A stretch of 64,000 nt of DNA, taken from NCBI RefSeq assembly GCF_041083635.1, contig NZ_JBFPHB010000013.1, positions 19,529-83,528 on the forward strand, in the 5' to 3' direction. Each line of letters begins with the position of its first letter. The stretch's first letter is position 1. Position numbers and translations under genes: made by a program. Below, in pieces: positions 10,136 to 22,184 of this stretch. The stretch is from Leptothrix ochracea (GTDB lineage: Bacteria; Pseudomonadota; Gammaproteobacteria; Burkholderiales; Burkholderiaceae_C). The notes under the pieces are model-generated. The model was not told the DNA's origin. It made no database searches and saw only the letters and a list, made by a program, of their open reading frames with translations.

Positions 10136-11683
10136 ATGCTCGCTACGCCATCTCATACGCTTGACGGTCGTCTTTATGCTGCGTTGGATCTCGGCTCCAA
10201 CAGCTTCCGACTTGAGATCAGCCGTCTACGCCAAGGCCGCTATCTGCGGCAGGACTACTTGAAAGAATCGGTGCGGCTTGGTGCAGGTCTGAGTCGTCAC
10301 GGACGGTTGAACGAAGACGCGATGCGGCGCGGCTTGGCCTGCCTGGCACGCTTTCGAGATCGTCTGGATGCCGTCCCTGAGGCCCAAGTTCGGGTGGTGG
10401 CCACCCAAACCTTGCGCGAGGCCGTGAATCGAGACAGTTTTGTTCATCGTGCTGAATTGGTCCTCGGGCATCCGATTGACCTGATTGGCGGGCGCGAAGA
10501 GGCCCGCTTGATCTACTTGGGCGTTTCGCGCCTTCAGCCCGCCAAGCGCACCCGACTGGTCATCGACATCGGGGGGCGCTCCACCGAATTGATTCTGGGT
10601 CGTGGCGCAGAGGCTACGGCCACCGAATCCTTTGGGGTCGGCTGCATCAGCTTGGCCCAGCGCCATTTCCCCGATGGACGCTATACCCCCGAAGCCTTCA
10701 GAGCCGCTCAAATCACCGCTGCGGCCTGCTTTGGCCCCGGACTTGGCACCTTCGGAGCCTCGCACTGGCAAGAAGCCTTGGGCTCTTCAGGCACGGTGGC
10801 CTCCATTGCCGACATTCTTTACGTCAACAAGATCACCGACGGCACCGTCACTCCAGCCGGTCTGCGCTGGTGCATCGAAGCCTGCCTCCAAGCAGGCCGA
10901 CTCGATCGACTCGATCTGCCGGGGCTTGAACCGGGTCACCGCGCTGTGCTGGCCAGCGGCTTGGCGATCCTGTACACCTTGGCGATCCATCTGGACATTC
11001 AGTCCCTCTTGCCAGCCCGGGGAGCCCTGCGTCAAGGCGTGGTGTTCGACCTTGATGACCGGCTCAATGCTCAGCACATTCTGCCTGGTCGCCCCTCACC
11101 CACCGACTTGCGCGACCTCACGGTTCAAACCCTGCAAACCCGGTTTCAAGTCGATGGGCGTCAAGCACGCCGGGTCCATGCCGTGGCCTTGATGTTGTTC
11201 GATCAGGCGTGGCCCTGTGCCCCGCGCGAAGCTCGCCAACAACTCGGTTGGGCAGCCGCGCTCCACGAAACGGGACGCTTGGTGTCACACCATGAGCCGC
11301 ACCGCCATGGCGCCTACTTGGTGGAACACGCCGATGCACCAGGCTTTTCGTACAACGAGCAACAACGCATCGCAGCCCTGATTGGCACGCATCAGGGTCC
11401 TCTACCGAGCGAACATGGCACGCCCTGGGATGACACCCAGATTCATCAAATGTTGTGCCTACGCTTGGCCACGTTGATCTGCCATGGTCGAGATCAGGGA
11501 CTCTCCCAAGGCACGACGCTCCATGTGGACCGACAGCAGGTACGCATCCATCTTCCTGAAGGTGGCACCAGCCTTCATCTGCGCACCACCCACTTGCTTG
11601 GCGAGGAGATCTATCTCTGGCAACGAGCACCCCATTTGCGTCTGATGCTGAGCAGCCGGACGTCACCCGGCTTTCTGCGCTGA
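10136..11683 (+). CDS. ppx: Ppx/GppA family exopolyphosphatase
   Basis: DLGSNSFRL, GREEARL, DIGGRSTE, C-terminal HD-like LHETG. Confidence 0.85.
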   Translation: MLATPSHTLDGRLYAALDLGSNSFRLEISRLRQGRYLRQDYLKESVRLGAGLSRHGRLNEDAMRRGLACLARFRDRLDAVPEAQVRVVATQTLREAVNRDSFVHRAELVLGHPIDLIGGREEARLIYLGVSRLQPAKRTRLVIDIGGRSTELILGRGAEATATESFGVGCISLAQRHFPDGRYTPEAFRAAQITAAACFGPGLGTFGASHWQEALGSSGTVASIADILYVNKITDGTVTPAGLRWCIEACLQAGRLDRLDLPGLEPGHRAVLASGLAILYTLAIHLDIQSLLPARGALRQGVVFDLDDRLNAQHILPGRPSPTDLRDLTVQTLQTRFQVDGRQARRVHAVALMLFDQAWPCAPREARQQLGWAAALHETGRLVSHHEPHRHGAYLVEHADAPGFSYNEQQRIAALIGTHQGPLPSEHGTPWDDTQIHQMLCLRLATLICHGRDQGLSQGTTLHVDRQQVRIHLPEGGTSLHLRTTHLLGEEIYLWQRAPHLRLMLSSRTSPGFLR

Positions 11684-11716
11684 AGCCCATTGAACCTTCC
11701 TGCACGAATCACCACC

Positions 11717-11947
11717 ATGCATGCCGACAAAGAAATCGACACCCGAGGCCTGAATTGCCCTTTGCCCATCCTCAAGGCTAAAAAAGCCTTGGCCGACATG
11801 AACAGCGGCGAAGTCCTCAAAATCTTGGCCACCGACAACAGTTCGCTGCGCGACTTCAAGATGTTTGCCAAGCAAAGCGGCAATGAACTCGTTGAGCAAC
11901 AAACCCTTGCACCCAACGAATTCGTGCACTGGTTACGCCGCCGCTGA
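11717..11947 (+). CDS. TusA/SirA sulfurtransferase family protein
   Basis: DTRGLNCPLPILK (CPxP motif). Confidence 0.88.
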   Translation: MHADKEIDTRGLNCPLPILKAKKALADMNSGEVLKILATDNSSLRDFKMFAKQSGNELVEQQTLAPNEFVHWLRRR

Positions 11948-11968
11948 GCCTTCAAGGCGGCGCAGCTT

Positions 11969-12835
11969 TCACAGCGCCAGCGATTTCAGATAAGCCCGGA
12001 AACCCTCGCCCAACTCGGGGTGCTGTAGGGCCAGTTCGACGTTGGCTTCGAGCCAGCCATCCTTGCTGCCGCAGTCGTAGCGCTTACCGCTGTACTGATA
12101 AGCAAAGACTTTTTCCCGACGCAGCAACGAGGCAATGCCATCGGTCAGCTGGATCTCACCGCCCACACCCCGGGGTTGGGCGGCGATTTCGTGGAACACC
12201 CCCGGCGTCAGGATGTAGCGCCCGGCCACACCAAGACGTGAAGGCGCCAGCTCCGGCGAAGGCTTTTCAACGATGCGCTGCACATCGATCAGCCGGTCAC
12301 TCACAGACACACCGGCGACAACGCCATAACGCCGGGTGTGTTCGAGCGGCACCTCCTGAACGGCCAGAATCGAAGCGCGCCACTCTTGGAACTGCGCCAC
12401 CATTTGCTGGAGGATGGGCGGCTCACCGATCATCAAATCGTCAGCCAGCAAGACGGCAAACGGCTCGTTCCCGACAAGGCGTTGCGCGCAAAGCACGGCA
12501 TGCCCCAAACCCAAGGCCTGAGACTGGCGCACATAGATGCATTCCATGTCCGCAGGCTTGACGCTACGAACCACCTCCAACAATTCACGCTTGTTCGCCT
12601 GTTCCAAAGCGACCTCAAGCTCAAAAGTCATGTCGAAATGATCCTCGATCGGCCGTTTGTGGCGTCCTGTCACAAAGATCATCTCCCGTACCCCTGCCGC
12701 ATAGGCCTCCTCAACGGCATACTGGATCAGTGGTTTATCCACCACAGGCAGCATTTCCTTGGGCTGGGCTTTGGTAACGGGTAGGAAACGTGTTCCCAAG
12801 CCGGCTACCGGAAAAATCGCTTTCTTGACTTGCAT
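11969..12835 (-). CDS. galU: UTP-glucose-1-phosphate uridylyltransferase
   Basis: [32 protein letters not shown]. Confidence 0.96.
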   Translation of the reverse strand: MQVKKAIFPVAGLGTRFLPVTKAQPKEMLPVVDKPLIQYAVEEAYAAGVREMIFVTGRHKRPIEDHFDMTFELEVALEQANKRELLEVVRSVKPADMECIYVRQSQALGLGHAVLCAQRLVGNEPFAVLLADDLMIGEPPILQQMVAQFQEWRASILAVQEVPLEHTRRYGVVAGVSVSDRLIDVQRIVEKPSPELAPSRLGVAGRYILTPGVFHEIAAQPRGVGGEIQLTDGIASLLRREKVFAYQYSGKRYDCGSKDGWLEANVELALQHPELGEGFRAYLKSLAL

Positions 12836-12963
12836 AAAAGAGACCATGTTGTGACTGAAATGATTCTGTCATGTCAAATCCCGCGCGATTCGTCCGCTTG
12901 TGAACAACTGTGCGGCCCTGCACATGTTTAACATGCAGGCTATATCAAGGACATCGTGAACCC

Positions 12964-14316
12964 ATGGACCTGCTCATTGCCGAACCCCTTGAGGCTGACG
13001 TGCTGCAGTGGCTGGATGCGCGCCACGAGCTTTTCTACGCGCCCCGCTTAGCTCGGGAACGTCGTGCGTTCCAAGAAGCTCTGGCCAGCACGCGTGCTGT
13101 GCTGATCCCACCACAGATTGGCATCGACGCTCAGACCCTCGAAAACGCCCCCAACCTTCAGGCCATTGGTCGGATTGTGGCGGGGCCAGAAAATATCGAC
13201 CTCTCCGCCTGCGCGCGCCAAAAGATCGAGGTGGTCCGCAGTTCAGACGCCGCTGCGCCCGCTGAGGCTGAATTCATGCTGGGGGCGCTCTTGGCCTTGC
13301 TACGCCCCAGCCCGGAAGACGCGGACCGTATCGCTGGACGGGAGCTGGGGGCGTGCACCGTGGGCTTGGTCGGCATGACCCAAACCTCACGCGTCTTGGC
13401 GCGACTGTTGCAACCGCTGGGCTCAAGAATCGTGGGCTACGACCCCTCCTTGCATGCCTCCGACGGCCAATGGAGCCGCTGGGGTGTCCAACCCTTGGGA
13501 TTGCGCGAACTGTTCGAAAACACCGACGCGGTGTGCGTGCAGATGAGCTACTACAACCGCTACCGGGGCTTGCTCGGCGAACGGGCCCTGCCCTATTGCC
13601 GTCAAGGCCAAGTGCTGGTGAGTGTCTCGCCTTTGGCGCTGTTCAACGAAGAAGTCTTGGCAGATGTGCTGAAAAGTGGGCGCATGGCTGCGGCGTGGCT
13701 CGACAGCATGGGGCCGGGCAGCTTGGACCCAGGGCAGCCCCTGCACAACGCAAGAGGGCTGCTCGCCACACCGCGGTTGGCGGCCTACACCCGTGAAGCG
13801 CGCCTGCGCAGCGCTTGGGGCGTGGCGCGCCGCATCGACGAGATCCTGCGGACCTCCAACGCCAAGACGCCCATGTCGCGCAGCAGCAGCACCCCTCGTC
13901 CCAGTGCCGCCACGCCGGAGCCAGCCCCCGCACCCATGCGGCCCATCGCGCCGATGACGGATGATCCACTGCTGCAACCGCCGCTGCATGGTCTGTCCTC
14001 GAACTTGGCACCCACCGCACCGGTCCCGTTGCACAGCAATACCGCGTCACAACCGATCATGACCCCGCTATCCCCCTCGGCGAGCAAGTCGCTGAGTGCG
14101 AACCGGGGCAGTGGCAGTGGTTATCGCAGCAACAATCCGGTCTCGTCCGACAAGGATGAAGGGCAGCCGACACTGCCCTTCCCTCACAACGACGAACAAG
14201 ACATGCTGTTCCGGCAAAACGAAATGCAGCAGATCTTTGCCAACGATCTGCTGTTTCGCAACACCGTCAGCCCAGACGCTGCGCCTGCTCCCGCACCCGT
14301 TCGAGAGTCAACTTAA
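12964..14316 (+). CDS. D-2-hydroxyacid dehydrogenase-like protein with degenerate catalytic motifs and a low-complexity tail
   Basis: Family-like layout ([26 protein letters not shown]) but Rossmann and catalytic motifs altered. Confidence 0.7.
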   Translation: MDLLIAEPLEADVLQWLDARHELFYAPRLARERRAFQEALASTRAVLIPPQIGIDAQTLENAPNLQAIGRIVAGPENIDLSACARQKIEVVRSSDAAAPAEAEFMLGALLALLRPSPEDADRIAGRELGACTVGLVGMTQTSRVLARLLQPLGSRIVGYDPSLHASDGQWSRWGVQPLGLRELFENTDAVCVQMSYYNRYRGLLGERALPYCRQGQVLVSVSPLALFNEEVLADVLKSGRMAAAWLDSMGPGSLDPGQPLHNARGLLATPRLAAYTREARLRSAWGVARRIDEILRTSNAKTPMSRSSSTPRPSAATPEPAPAPMRPIAPMTDDPLLQPPLHGLSSNLAPTAPVPLHSNTASQPIMTPLSPSASKSLSANRGSGSGYRSNNPVSSDKDEGQPTLPFPHNDEQDMLFRQNEMQQIFANDLLFRNTVSPDAAPAPAPVREST

Positions 14317-17149
14317 AGCCGGCAACCCGCTCGCGCTCCTGCGCCACCACGGCCGCCGGGGCGCGGGCCACAAAGCTCTCGTTGCCCAACTTGGCCTCGG
14401 CTTTGGTGATCTCACCCGCCAAACGGGCGATTTCCTTGGCCAGACGGACCCGCTCAGCCGCCACGTCCATCTCCACCTTCAGCGCCAAGCGCGCTGCGCC
14501 CTGCACCGCCACCGGCGCCATCTCGGTGGCAGCGGCAAAAGCGGCTTCTTCGCTCAGCACCTGCACATCGCTGAGCTTGGCCAACGCCTTGAGCAACGCT
14601 GCGGCGGAGGTGATGAACTCGGCGTCCCCCAAGGTCACCAAAGGGACACGCTCTGCGGGCGACAGACTCATCTCGCTGCGCAGGCCTCGGCACACGCCCA
14701 CCACCGCTTTAAGGCGCGCCACCCAAGCGTCAGCGGCCGCATCCACACGCTCCAGTTGCGCCAGCGGATAGGCCGCCGTGACGAGGGATGCGGCGGAGCC
14801 CGCAGCCTTACGCCCAGCCACCGGCGCCACCGCTTCCCAAAGTTCAGCGGTGATGAACGGCGTGATCGGATGCAGCAAGCGCAGGATGGTTTCCAGCACG
14901 CGGATCAAGGTGCGGCGCGTTGCACGGGCTGCTGCCTCGTCGCCGCTCTCTTTGGCCACGGCCAGCTGCACCTTGGCGATTTCCAGGTACCAGTCGCAGT
15001 ACTCGTCCCAGACAAACTGGTAGATCGCGTTGGCCACAAAGTCGAGCCGGTAATCGGCAAAACCTTGGGCCACAGTGGCTTCAAGGCGTTGCAACTCGCT
15101 GGTGATCCAGCGGTCCGCTTGACTGAAGGACAGATAACCGCCCGCCACGCAGACCGCGGCACCATGCTCGGCCAAACCGCAGTCTTGCTCTTCGGTGTTC
15201 ATCAACACGAAGCGGGTGGCGTTCCAGAGCTTGTTGCAGAAGTTGCGGTAGCCCTCGCAGCGCTTGGCGTCGAAGTTAACGCTGCGCCCCAAGCTGGCCA
15301 TGGCGGCAAAGGTGAAGCGCAGCGCATCCGCGCCGTAGCCGGGAATGCCTTCGGGGAATTCCTTCTCGGTGGCTTTGCGCACCTTGGGCGCGGTCTCGGG
15401 CTTGCGCAAGCCTTGGGTGCGCTTGTCCAGCAGCTCGGGCAGTGCGATGCCGTCGATCAGATCGACCGGATCGAGCACGTTGCCTTCCGACTTGCTCATC
15501 TTCTTGCCCTGCGCATCGAGCACCAAGCCGTGGATGTAGACGTGCTTGAAAGGCACCTTGCCCTCTGGGCACTCCGGCGTCCGGGTGAAGTGCTTGGTCA
15601 TCATGATCATCCGGGCGACCCAGAAAAAGATGATGTCGTAGCCGGTCACCAGCACCGAGCTGGGCAAGAACAAGTCTTGCTCAATGGTTTTTTCAGGCCA
15701 GCCCAGCGTGCTGAAGGGCACCAGCGCCGACGAATACCACGTGTCCAGCACATCCTCGTCGCGGGTCAGCGCGCCGCTGTAGCCGGCCGCCGTGGCCTTG
15801 GCACGGGCCTCATCTTCGCTGCGCGCCACGAAGAGTTCGCCGCTCTCGCCGTACCAAGCCGGGATTTGATGGCCCCACCAAAGCTGGCGGCTGATGCACC
15901 AGTCTTGGATGTTCTTCATCCACTGGTTGTAGGTGTTGACCCACTGCTCGGGCACGAAGGTCACCTCGCCCGAATCAACCGCCTCGATGGCCCCTTGGGC
16001 GATGCTCTTGCCGGAGGCCCCCGGCTTGGTCATGGCCACGAACCACTGGTCGGTCAGCATCGGCTCGATGATCTGGCCGGTGCGGGCGCAACGCGGCACC
16101 ATCAGCTTGTGCTTTTTCACCTCGACCAGCAGGCCTTCGGTCTCCAGATCAGCCACCAGCGCCTTGCGAGCGACAAAGCGATCCAAGCCGCGCAGGCCGG
16201 TGGGAATGTCGTCCAGATCCGTGCGCACGCTGGCGTCGAGCGTGAAGATCGTGATCATCGCCAAGCCGTGGCGCAGGCCGACTTGGTAGTCGTTTTGATC
16301 ATGCGCCGGCGTCACCTTGACCACGCCAGTGCCGAAGGCCTTGTCCACGTAGGCGTCAGCGATGATGGGCACCAAGCGACCGGTGATCGGCAGCTTGACT
16401 TGCTTGCCGATCAGGTGGGTGTAGCGCTCGTCCTCGGGGTGCACCATCACGGCGGTGTCGCCGAGCATGGTTTCCGGACGGGTCGTCGCCACCACCAGCG
16501 TTTCATCCGAACCGTCCACCGGATAGCGGATATGCCAGAGATGGCCGTCTTCTTCCTCGCTCTCGACTTCCAGATCCGACACCGCCGACTTCAGGATCGG
16601 ATCCCAGCTCACCAGCCGCTTGCCCCGGTAGATCAGACCTTCGTCATAGAGACGCACGAAGGTCTCGGTGACGACCTTCGAGAGCTTGTCGTCCATCGTG
16701 AAGTACTCGTGCGGCCAGCTCACCGAGTCACCCATGCGGCGCATCTGACGGGTGATGGTCGAGCCGGACTGCTCCTTCCACTCCCAGACCTTGGCGACAA
16801 AGTTCTTGCGCCCCAAGTCGTGGCGCGTCTTCTGACCTTCGACGCCTTTTTCTTGCAACTGGCGCTCAACCACGATCTGGGTGGCGATGCCTGCGTGATC
16901 GGTACCCGGAATCCACAAGGTGTTGTGGCCCAGCATGCGGTGATAGCGCGTCAACGAGTCCATGATGGTCTGGTTGAACGCGTGGCCCATGTGCAGGGTG
17001 CCGGTCACATTGGGCGGCGGCAACTGGATACAGAAGCTCGGCTTGGTCGGATCAAGCGTCGGGGCGTACACCCCACTCGTTTCCCAAGCCGGCCCCCATT
17101 GGGCTTCGATCGGTTGGGGCTCAAAAGACTTGGAAAGCACGTGGGTCAT
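14267..17149 (-). CDS. valS: Valyl-tRNA synthetase
   Basis: [13 protein letters not shown] (HIGH), [18 protein letters not shown]-terminal coiled coil. Confidence 0.98.
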   Translation of the reverse strand: MTHVLSKSFEPQPIEAQWGPAWETSGVYAPTLDPTKPSFCIQLPPPNVTGTLHMGHAFNQTIMDSLTRYHRMLGHNTLWIPGTDHAGIATQIVVERQLQEKGVEGQKTRHDLGRKNFVAKVWEWKEQSGSTITRQMRRMGDSVSWPHEYFTMDDKLSKVVTETFVRLYDEGLIYRGKRLVSWDPILKSAVSDLEVESEEEDGHLWHIRYPVDGSDETLVVATTRPETMLGDTAVMVHPEDERYTHLIGKQVKLPITGRLVPIIADAYVDKAFGTGVVKVTPAHDQNDYQVGLRHGLAMITIFTLDASVRTDLDDIPTGLRGLDRFVARKALVADLETEGLLVEVKKHKLMVPRCARTGQIIEPMLTDQWFVAMTKPGASGKSIAQGAIEAVDSGEVTFVPEQWVNTYNQWMKNIQDWCISRQLWWGHQIPAWYGESGELFVARSEDEARAKATAAGYSGALTRDEDVLDTWYSSALVPFSTLGWPEKTIEQDLFLPSSVLVTGYDIIFFWVARMIMMTKHFTRTPECPEGKVPFKHVYIHGLVLDAQGKKMSKSEGNVLDPVDLIDGIALPELLDKRTQGLRKPETAPKVRKATEKEFPEGIPGYGADALRFTFAAMASLGRSVNFDAKRCEGYRNFCNKLWNATRFVLMNTEEQDCGLAEHGAAVCVAGGYLSFSQADRWITSELQRLEATVAQGFADYRLDFVANAIYQFVWDEYCDWYLEIAKVQLAVAKESGDEAAARATRRTLIRVLETILRLLHPITPFITAELWEAVAPVAGRKAAGSAASLVTAAYPLAQLERVDAAADAWVARLKAVVGVCRGLRSEMSLSPAERVPLVTLGDAEFITSAAALLKALAKLSDVQVLSEEAAFAAATEMAPVAVQGAARLALKVEMDVAAERVRLAKEIARLAGEITKAEAKLGNESFVARAPAAVVAQERERVAGFKLTLERVREQAQRLG

Positions 17150-17295
17150 GGGATTGAACGTCTAGGAAGGCACAAAGTCTGTGCAAAGGCGAGATTTTAG
17201 GGAGATCCCTTCTCATCAAGGGTGTCCGCTTGATCGTTTCGGCCCGACAATTCGGCACTTGAGTTACAGGACGGAAAGAATTGGAGTCCCCCAGC

Positions 17296-18177
17296 ATGAG
17301 CAGTACGAGCCCGAACAACAGCCTTGGCCGTGAAATTCAAACCGTCGGCGTCATCGGCGCTGGCACCATGGGCAACGGCATCGCCCAAGCCTGCGCGGTG
17401 TCCGGCATTCAGGTCGTGATGATCGACATCAGCGAAGCCGCCGTTCAAAAAGGCTTGGCCACCATCAGCGGCAGCCTTGATCGGCTGCTCAAAAAGGACA
17501 AGATCAGCGCTGAAGCCAAGGCCAGCGCCTTGGCCCACATCCGCATCTCGACCGACTACGCTGACTTGAAAGAAGCCCAGCTTGTCATCGAAGCAGCCAC
17601 CGAGAACGAAGCCCTCAAGGTCAAGATCCTCCAGCAGCTCGACGCCATGCTCGCGCCGGACGTGATCGTTGCGACCAACACCAGTTCGATCTCGATCACC
17701 AAGCTGGCCGCAACCACCCAGCGCGCCGACCGTTTCATCGGCATGCACTTCTTCAACCCGGTGCCGATGATGGCGCTGGTGGAGTTGATCCGAGGCTTGC
17801 AAACCAGCGACGCCACCCACGCCAAGGTCAAGACCCTGGCCGAAACGCTGGGCAAAACACCGATCACGGTCAAAAACGCGCCGGGCTTTGTGGTCAACCG
17901 CATCTTGATTCCGATGATCAACGAAGCCTTCTTCGTCTTGGCCGAAGGCTTGGCGACGCCAGAAGACATCGACGCCGGCATGAAACTCGGCTGCAACCAA
18001 CCCATCGGTCCCTTGGCCTTGGCCGACATGATCGGTTTGGATGTGTGTTTGGCGGTGATGGACGTCTACATGAAGGAGTTCAACGACTCCAAGTACCGCC
18101 CAGCCCCCTTGCTGAAGGAGTACGTCGCTGCGGGCTGGCTGGGCCGCAAGAGCGGTCGAGGCGTCTACAGCTATTGA
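17296..18177 (+). CDS. hbd: 3-hydroxybutyryl-CoA dehydrogenase
   Basis: GAGTMGNG, NTSSISI, GMHFFNP, PGFVVNR. Confidence 0.9.
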   Translation: MSSTSPNNSLGREIQTVGVIGAGTMGNGIAQACAVSGIQVVMIDISEAAVQKGLATISGSLDRLLKKDKISAEAKASALAHIRISTDYADLKEAQLVIEAATENEALKVKILQQLDAMLAPDVIVATNTSSISITKLAATTQRADRFIGMHFFNPVPMMALVELIRGLQTSDATHAKVKTLAETLGKTPITVKNAPGFVVNRILIPMINEAFFVLAEGLATPEDIDAGMKLGCNQPIGPLALADMIGLDVCLAVMDVYMKEFNDSKYRPAPLLKEYVAAGWLGRKSGRGVYSY

Positions 18178-18214
18178 GGCCCTCTGCTTGGTGCGCGCTC
18201 TGCCCCTCTGACCC

Positions 18215-19150
18215 ATGTCGACCAACGCCATCGTCATGCTCAATCGCCATGCGGGTCATGGCATGGCGAGCCAACTTCAAACCCCCATAGAAGCTTGGTT
18301 GAAACGCCACGCTCCGGGGGTGCCGCTGCTGGCACCGACCAGTGCCCACGCAGCCTTGGCCACGTTGATCATCTTGGCCCCACGCACCCGGGTGGTGCTG
18401 GTGGGGGGCGATGGCACGATCAACACCATGCTACCGGCCATGCTGCGGCGTGGTCACCGCCTCGGATTGGTGCCGGCGGGGCACACCAACAGTTTGGCCC
18501 ACGCCCTGGGACTGACGGGCATGACATGGCAAAACGCCTTGCCGTTCGCCCTCAATCACCCCTCGGCGGCGATCGACGTGGGGCAAATCGATACCGGCAA
18601 AGGCAGTTGGCCCTTTGCGTCTCGGCTCAGCATCGGTCTGGACGCGTTGATGGGATTGCGCGCCCAGATGGCCCCCGCTTTTTTGCGGAGCAGTGGCATG
18701 CGACGACTCTGGGGGGTGATGCACGAATGGCCCCGCAGCAAGGCCTTGCCGATGCGCGTCTGGGTGGACGGCAAGTTGGCCCATGAAGGGGACACGCTCG
18801 CGGTCTCTGTCACCAACACCCCCCGTGTGGTCGCGACCCGAGGGGATCGCACCGAACCCATCACCGCAGCGCCTCCGGGCACCATGGATGCCCTGATCCT
18901 TGGCAAGCTGGGCAGCCTGCGAGGCTTGTCAGCCATGATGCGCGCCACCCCCCAGCCCAGCCCCCCGAAGATCATCAGCATGCGTATGCATCAGATCCAG
19001 ATCGACTCGGGCACCCCGCTGCCTTTGTGTGCCGATGGCGAAGAGCTACCGGCCACGGGCCGGCTCGGCATCCAAGTCCTGCCTCGCTCTTTACAAGCCG
19101 TGGGGCAACACGCCGAGGCAGAACTCTGGGCGCCCTCGACCCAAAGTTAA
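18215..19150 (+). CDS. Diacylglycerol/lipid kinase family protein (YegS-like)
   Basis: GGDGT, LGLVPAG..N, ADGE. Confidence 0.8.
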   Translation: MSTNAIVMLNRHAGHGMASQLQTPIEAWLKRHAPGVPLLAPTSAHAALATLIILAPRTRVVLVGGDGTINTMLPAMLRRGHRLGLVPAGHTNSLAHALGLTGMTWQNALPFALNHPSAAIDVGQIDTGKGSWPFASRLSIGLDALMGLRAQMAPAFLRSSGMRRLWGVMHEWPRSKALPMRVWVDGKLAHEGDTLAVSVTNTPRVVATRGDRTEPITAAPPGTMDALILGKLGSLRGLSAMMRATPQPSPPKIISMRMHQIQIDSGTPLPLCADGEELPATGRLGIQVLPRSLQAVGQHAEAELWAPSTQS

Positions 19151-19167
19151 AGGCCGGCACGGTTCGC

Positions 19168-19665
19168 CTACCGACGGTGATCCATCGATTCAAACGCTGG
19201 TACAAATCGCGCCAACTCCGTCAGCGCACGCTCATAAACTTGGCGCTTGAACTCGATCACCATTTCCAGCGGCACCCAGTAATCGTGCCAACGCCAAGCG
19301 TCGAACTCGGGATGATCGGTGGCGCGCAGATTCACGTCACTGTCATGCCCTAAGAGCTGCAACAGAAACCAGATCTGCTTTTGACCCTTGTAATGCCCAC
19401 GGGCATCACGCCGGATGTAATGATCCGGCACCTCATAGCGCAGCCAGTCCCGAGTTCGGGCCAAGATGCGCACATGCTCAGGCAAAAGACCTATTTCTTC
19501 GTGCAATTCTCGGAACATGGCCTGCTCGGGCGACTCACCATATTTGATGCCGCCTTGCGGAAACTGCCAGGAGTGGGTGCGAATACGTTTGCCCCAGAAC
19601 ACCTGATTCCACGGATTGAGCAGGACGACGCCGACGTTGGGCCGGAAGCCTTCACGGTCGAGCAT
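19168..19665 (-). CDS. rppH: RNA pyrophosphohydrolase
   Basis: [12 protein letters not shown], Nudix box [22 protein letters not shown]. Confidence 0.96.
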   Translation of the reverse strand: MLDREGFRPNVGVVLLNPWNQVFWGKRIRTHSWQFPQGGIKYGESPEQAMFRELHEEIGLLPEHVRILARTRDWLRYEVPDHYIRRDARGHYKGQKQIWFLLQLLGHDSDVNLRATDHPEFDAWRWHDYWVPLEMVIEFKRQVYERALTELARFVPAFESMDHRR

Positions 19666-19765
19666 AATCAGACCCCAGATTTTTAACTGAGCCGATTATT
19701 GCACCGACCTTGTGTGGCACAAGCCCGCACAAATCCCGATCCGGTGACGGCTCCCCCCGCCCATC

Positions 19766-21523
19766 ATGAAAGCATCCCAGTTCTTCATCGCCACGCTGAA
19801 GGAAGCGCCCGCCGACGCCGAGATCAACAGCCACAAGCTGATGATGCGCGCCGGTTTTATCAAGCGCCTCGGCGCGGGCATCTACAACTACATGCCGATG
19901 GGCTTGCGGGTCATCCGCAAGGTCGAAGCCATCATCCGAGAGGAAATGAACCGCGCTGGAGCCGTCGAGCTCCTGATGCCCATCGTGCAGCCGGCTGAGC
20001 TGTGGCAAGAAACGGGCCGCTTCGACAAGATGGGCCCCGAGTTGCTGCGCGTGAAGGATCGCCACGAGCGCGACTTCATCATCCAGCCGACCAGCGAAGA
20101 AGTCGTCACCGACATCGCCCGCCAAGAGCTGCGCAGCTACAAGCAGCTGCCGAAAAATTTCTATCACATCCAGACCAAGTTCCGCGACGAACGCCGGCCG
20201 CGCTTTGGCATCATGCGCGGGCGCGAGTTCACCATGAAGGACGCTTACTCCTTCGACCGTGACGCCGCCAGCGCGGCCAAGAGCTACGAGGCGATGTTTG
20301 CGGCTTACAAGCGCATCTTCGAGCGCTTCGGCTTGCAATACCGCGCGGTGGCCGCCGACACCGGCGCCATCGGTGGCGATCTCTCGCACGAGTTCCAAGT
20401 CATCGCCGACATCGGTGAAGACGCGATCATTTACTGCCCGACCAGCGATTACGCCGCCAACATCGAGCTGGCCGAAGCGCTGCCGCTGCTGGACAGCCGC
20501 GCCGCACCGACCCAAGCCTTGACGAAGCAGCCCACCCCGGTGACCACCGTCTGCGCCGATGTGGCCCGGATGCTGGGCGTGGACCTGAGCCGCACGGTCA
20601 AGTCGCTGGTGCTGGCCACCGACGAGTTGGGGGAGCACGGCGAGATCGTCAAGACCCGCGTCTGGCTGCTCTTGGTACGCGGTGACCACGATCTGAACGA
20701 AGTCAAGGCTGGCAAGGTCGAAGGGCTGAAAGGCGGCTTCCGCTTTGCGTCCACCCTTGAGATCGAAGAGCACTTCGGCTGCAAGCCGGGCTACCTTGGG
20801 CCGATCTTCAACAAAGAGGGCCTGACAAAGCCGGTGAAGGTCATCGCTGACCGTACCGTCGCGCGGATGAGTGACTTCGTCAGCGGGGCCAACGAGGAAG
20901 GTTTCCACCTCAGCGGCATCAACTGGGGCCGCGATCTGCCCGAGCCCGACGTGGTGGCCGACATCCGCAACGTCGTGGCGGGTGATCCCTCGCCCGACGG
21001 CCAAGGTGTGCTGGCCATTCAGCGCGGTATCGAAGTGGGCCACGTGTTCTACCTCGGCACCAAGTACTCCAAGGCGATGAACGCCACCTTCTTGGATGAA
21101 AACGGCAAGCCGCAGTTCATGGAAATGGGCTGCTACGGCATCGGCGTGACGCGCATCTTGGGTGCGGCCATTGAACAGAGCCACGACGCGCGCGGCATCA
21201 TCTGGCCGGACGCCATCGCCCCGTTCACCGTCGCCATCTGCCCCATCGGCATGGACCGCTCCGAAGCCGTCAAAGCGGCCGCGCAAGCGTTGCATGACGA
21301 GCTGCAAGCCGCTGGCGTCGATGTGATCCTCGACGACCGGGGCGAGCGTCCGGGGGCGATGTTTGCCGACTGGGAACTGATCGGCGTGCCGCACCGCGTG
21401 GTGATCTCCGACCGGGGCCTCAAAGAAGGCCAGGTCGAATATCAAGGGCGGCGCGATGCCGCGGCCACCCCAGTGGCAGCGGCAGAGGTCGCGGCCTTCT
21501 TGAAGGGCCGCGTGAAGGTTTGA
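19766..21523 (+). CDS. proS: Prolyl-tRNA synthetase (with editing insertion)
   Basis: [33 protein letters not shown]. Confidence 0.98.
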   Translation: MKASQFFIATLKEAPADAEINSHKLMMRAGFIKRLGAGIYNYMPMGLRVIRKVEAIIREEMNRAGAVELLMPIVQPAELWQETGRFDKMGPELLRVKDRHERDFIIQPTSEEVVTDIARQELRSYKQLPKNFYHIQTKFRDERRPRFGIMRGREFTMKDAYSFDRDAASAAKSYEAMFAAYKRIFERFGLQYRAVAADTGAIGGDLSHEFQVIADIGEDAIIYCPTSDYAANIELAEALPLLDSRAAPTQALTKQPTPVTTVCADVARMLGVDLSRTVKSLVLATDELGEHGEIVKTRVWLLLVRGDHDLNEVKAGKVEGLKGGFRFASTLEIEEHFGCKPGYLGPIFNKEGLTKPVKVIADRTVARMSDFVSGANEEGFHLSGINWGRDLPEPDVVADIRNVVAGDPSPDGQGVLAIQRGIEVGHVFYLGTKYSKAMNATFLDENGKPQFMEMGCYGIGVTRILGAAIEQSHDARGIIWPDAIAPFTVAICPIGMDRSEAVKAAAQALHDELQAAGVDVILDDRGERPGAMFADWELIGVPHRVVISDRGLKEGQVEYQGRRDAAATPVAAAEVAAFLKGRVKV

Positions 21524-21527
21524 CGGC

Positions 21528-22145
21528 ATGACCCCCGCCCGACGCGCCCTGCTCGTCTTGGCGGGTGGGGCCTGCCTCAGCCTCAGCGGTGGGCAACCCG
21601 CCCAAGCGGGCTCACAAGTCGAAGAGCCCTTGGCCGATGCGGTCCGGGGCGCTTTGTCTTCGGCGGTGGCCGAACACGCCCCGCCCAAACCCGAATTCAG
21701 CCGCACCGAAGAGCGCATCGCCTACCTGCGCTGGCTGGGCAAGATGAGCCCCAAGCTGGCGCGGCGCTATCAAGACTTCGACAGCCGGCGCGAGTTTCTC
21801 GAAACCCTTTGGTACGAGAGCCGTCGCGCCGGGCTGGAGCCCAATCTGGTGCTCGGTTTGGTGGAAGTGGAAAGCGGCTTTCGCAAGTACGCCATTTCCA
21901 GTGCGGGAGCGCGCGGCTACATGCAGGTCATGCCTTTTTGGACTCGGCTGATCGGCGACGGCAATCCGGCAGCGCTGTTCCACATGCAGACCAATCTGCG
22001 CTTTGGCTGCGTGATCCTGCGCCACTACCTCGACCGCGAAAGCGGCGACGTCTTCATGGCGCTGGGCCGCTACAACGGCAGCCGAGGCCAAGCGCCCTAT
22101 CCCAACATGGTGCTCGGGGCCAAGAAGCGCTGGGAGTCCGGCTAG
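21528..22145 (+). CDS. Lytic transglycosylase (SLT domain)
   Basis: VEVESGF, GARGYMQVMP, ALGRYNG; Tat-like RR signal. Confidence 0.9.
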   Translation: MTPARRALLVLAGGACLSLSGGQPAQAGSQVEEPLADAVRGALSSAVAEHAPPKPEFSRTEERIAYLRWLGKMSPKLARRYQDFDSRREFLETLWYESRRAGLEPNLVLGLVEVESGFRKYAISSAGARGYMQVMPFWTRLIGDGNPAALFHMQTNLRFGCVILRHYLDRESGDVFMALGRYNGSRGQAPYPNMVLGAKKRWESG

Positions 22146-22184
22146 ACTGGCGCCCACCGCCAACCTTCAACCCACGCCCCCACC

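Noticed and set aside
12917-12939. CATGTT-T-AACATG palindrome between galU and the dehydrogenase-like gene
   Set aside because: Single occurrence with no assignable regulator; could be chance
14096-17200. 1034-aa ORF antisense to valS (similar ones opposite glnA, proS, aspS, sqr and the 765-aa gene)
   Set aside because: The valS one is codon-aligned, and all look like shadow frames expected from high-GC codon bias; no recognisable motifs
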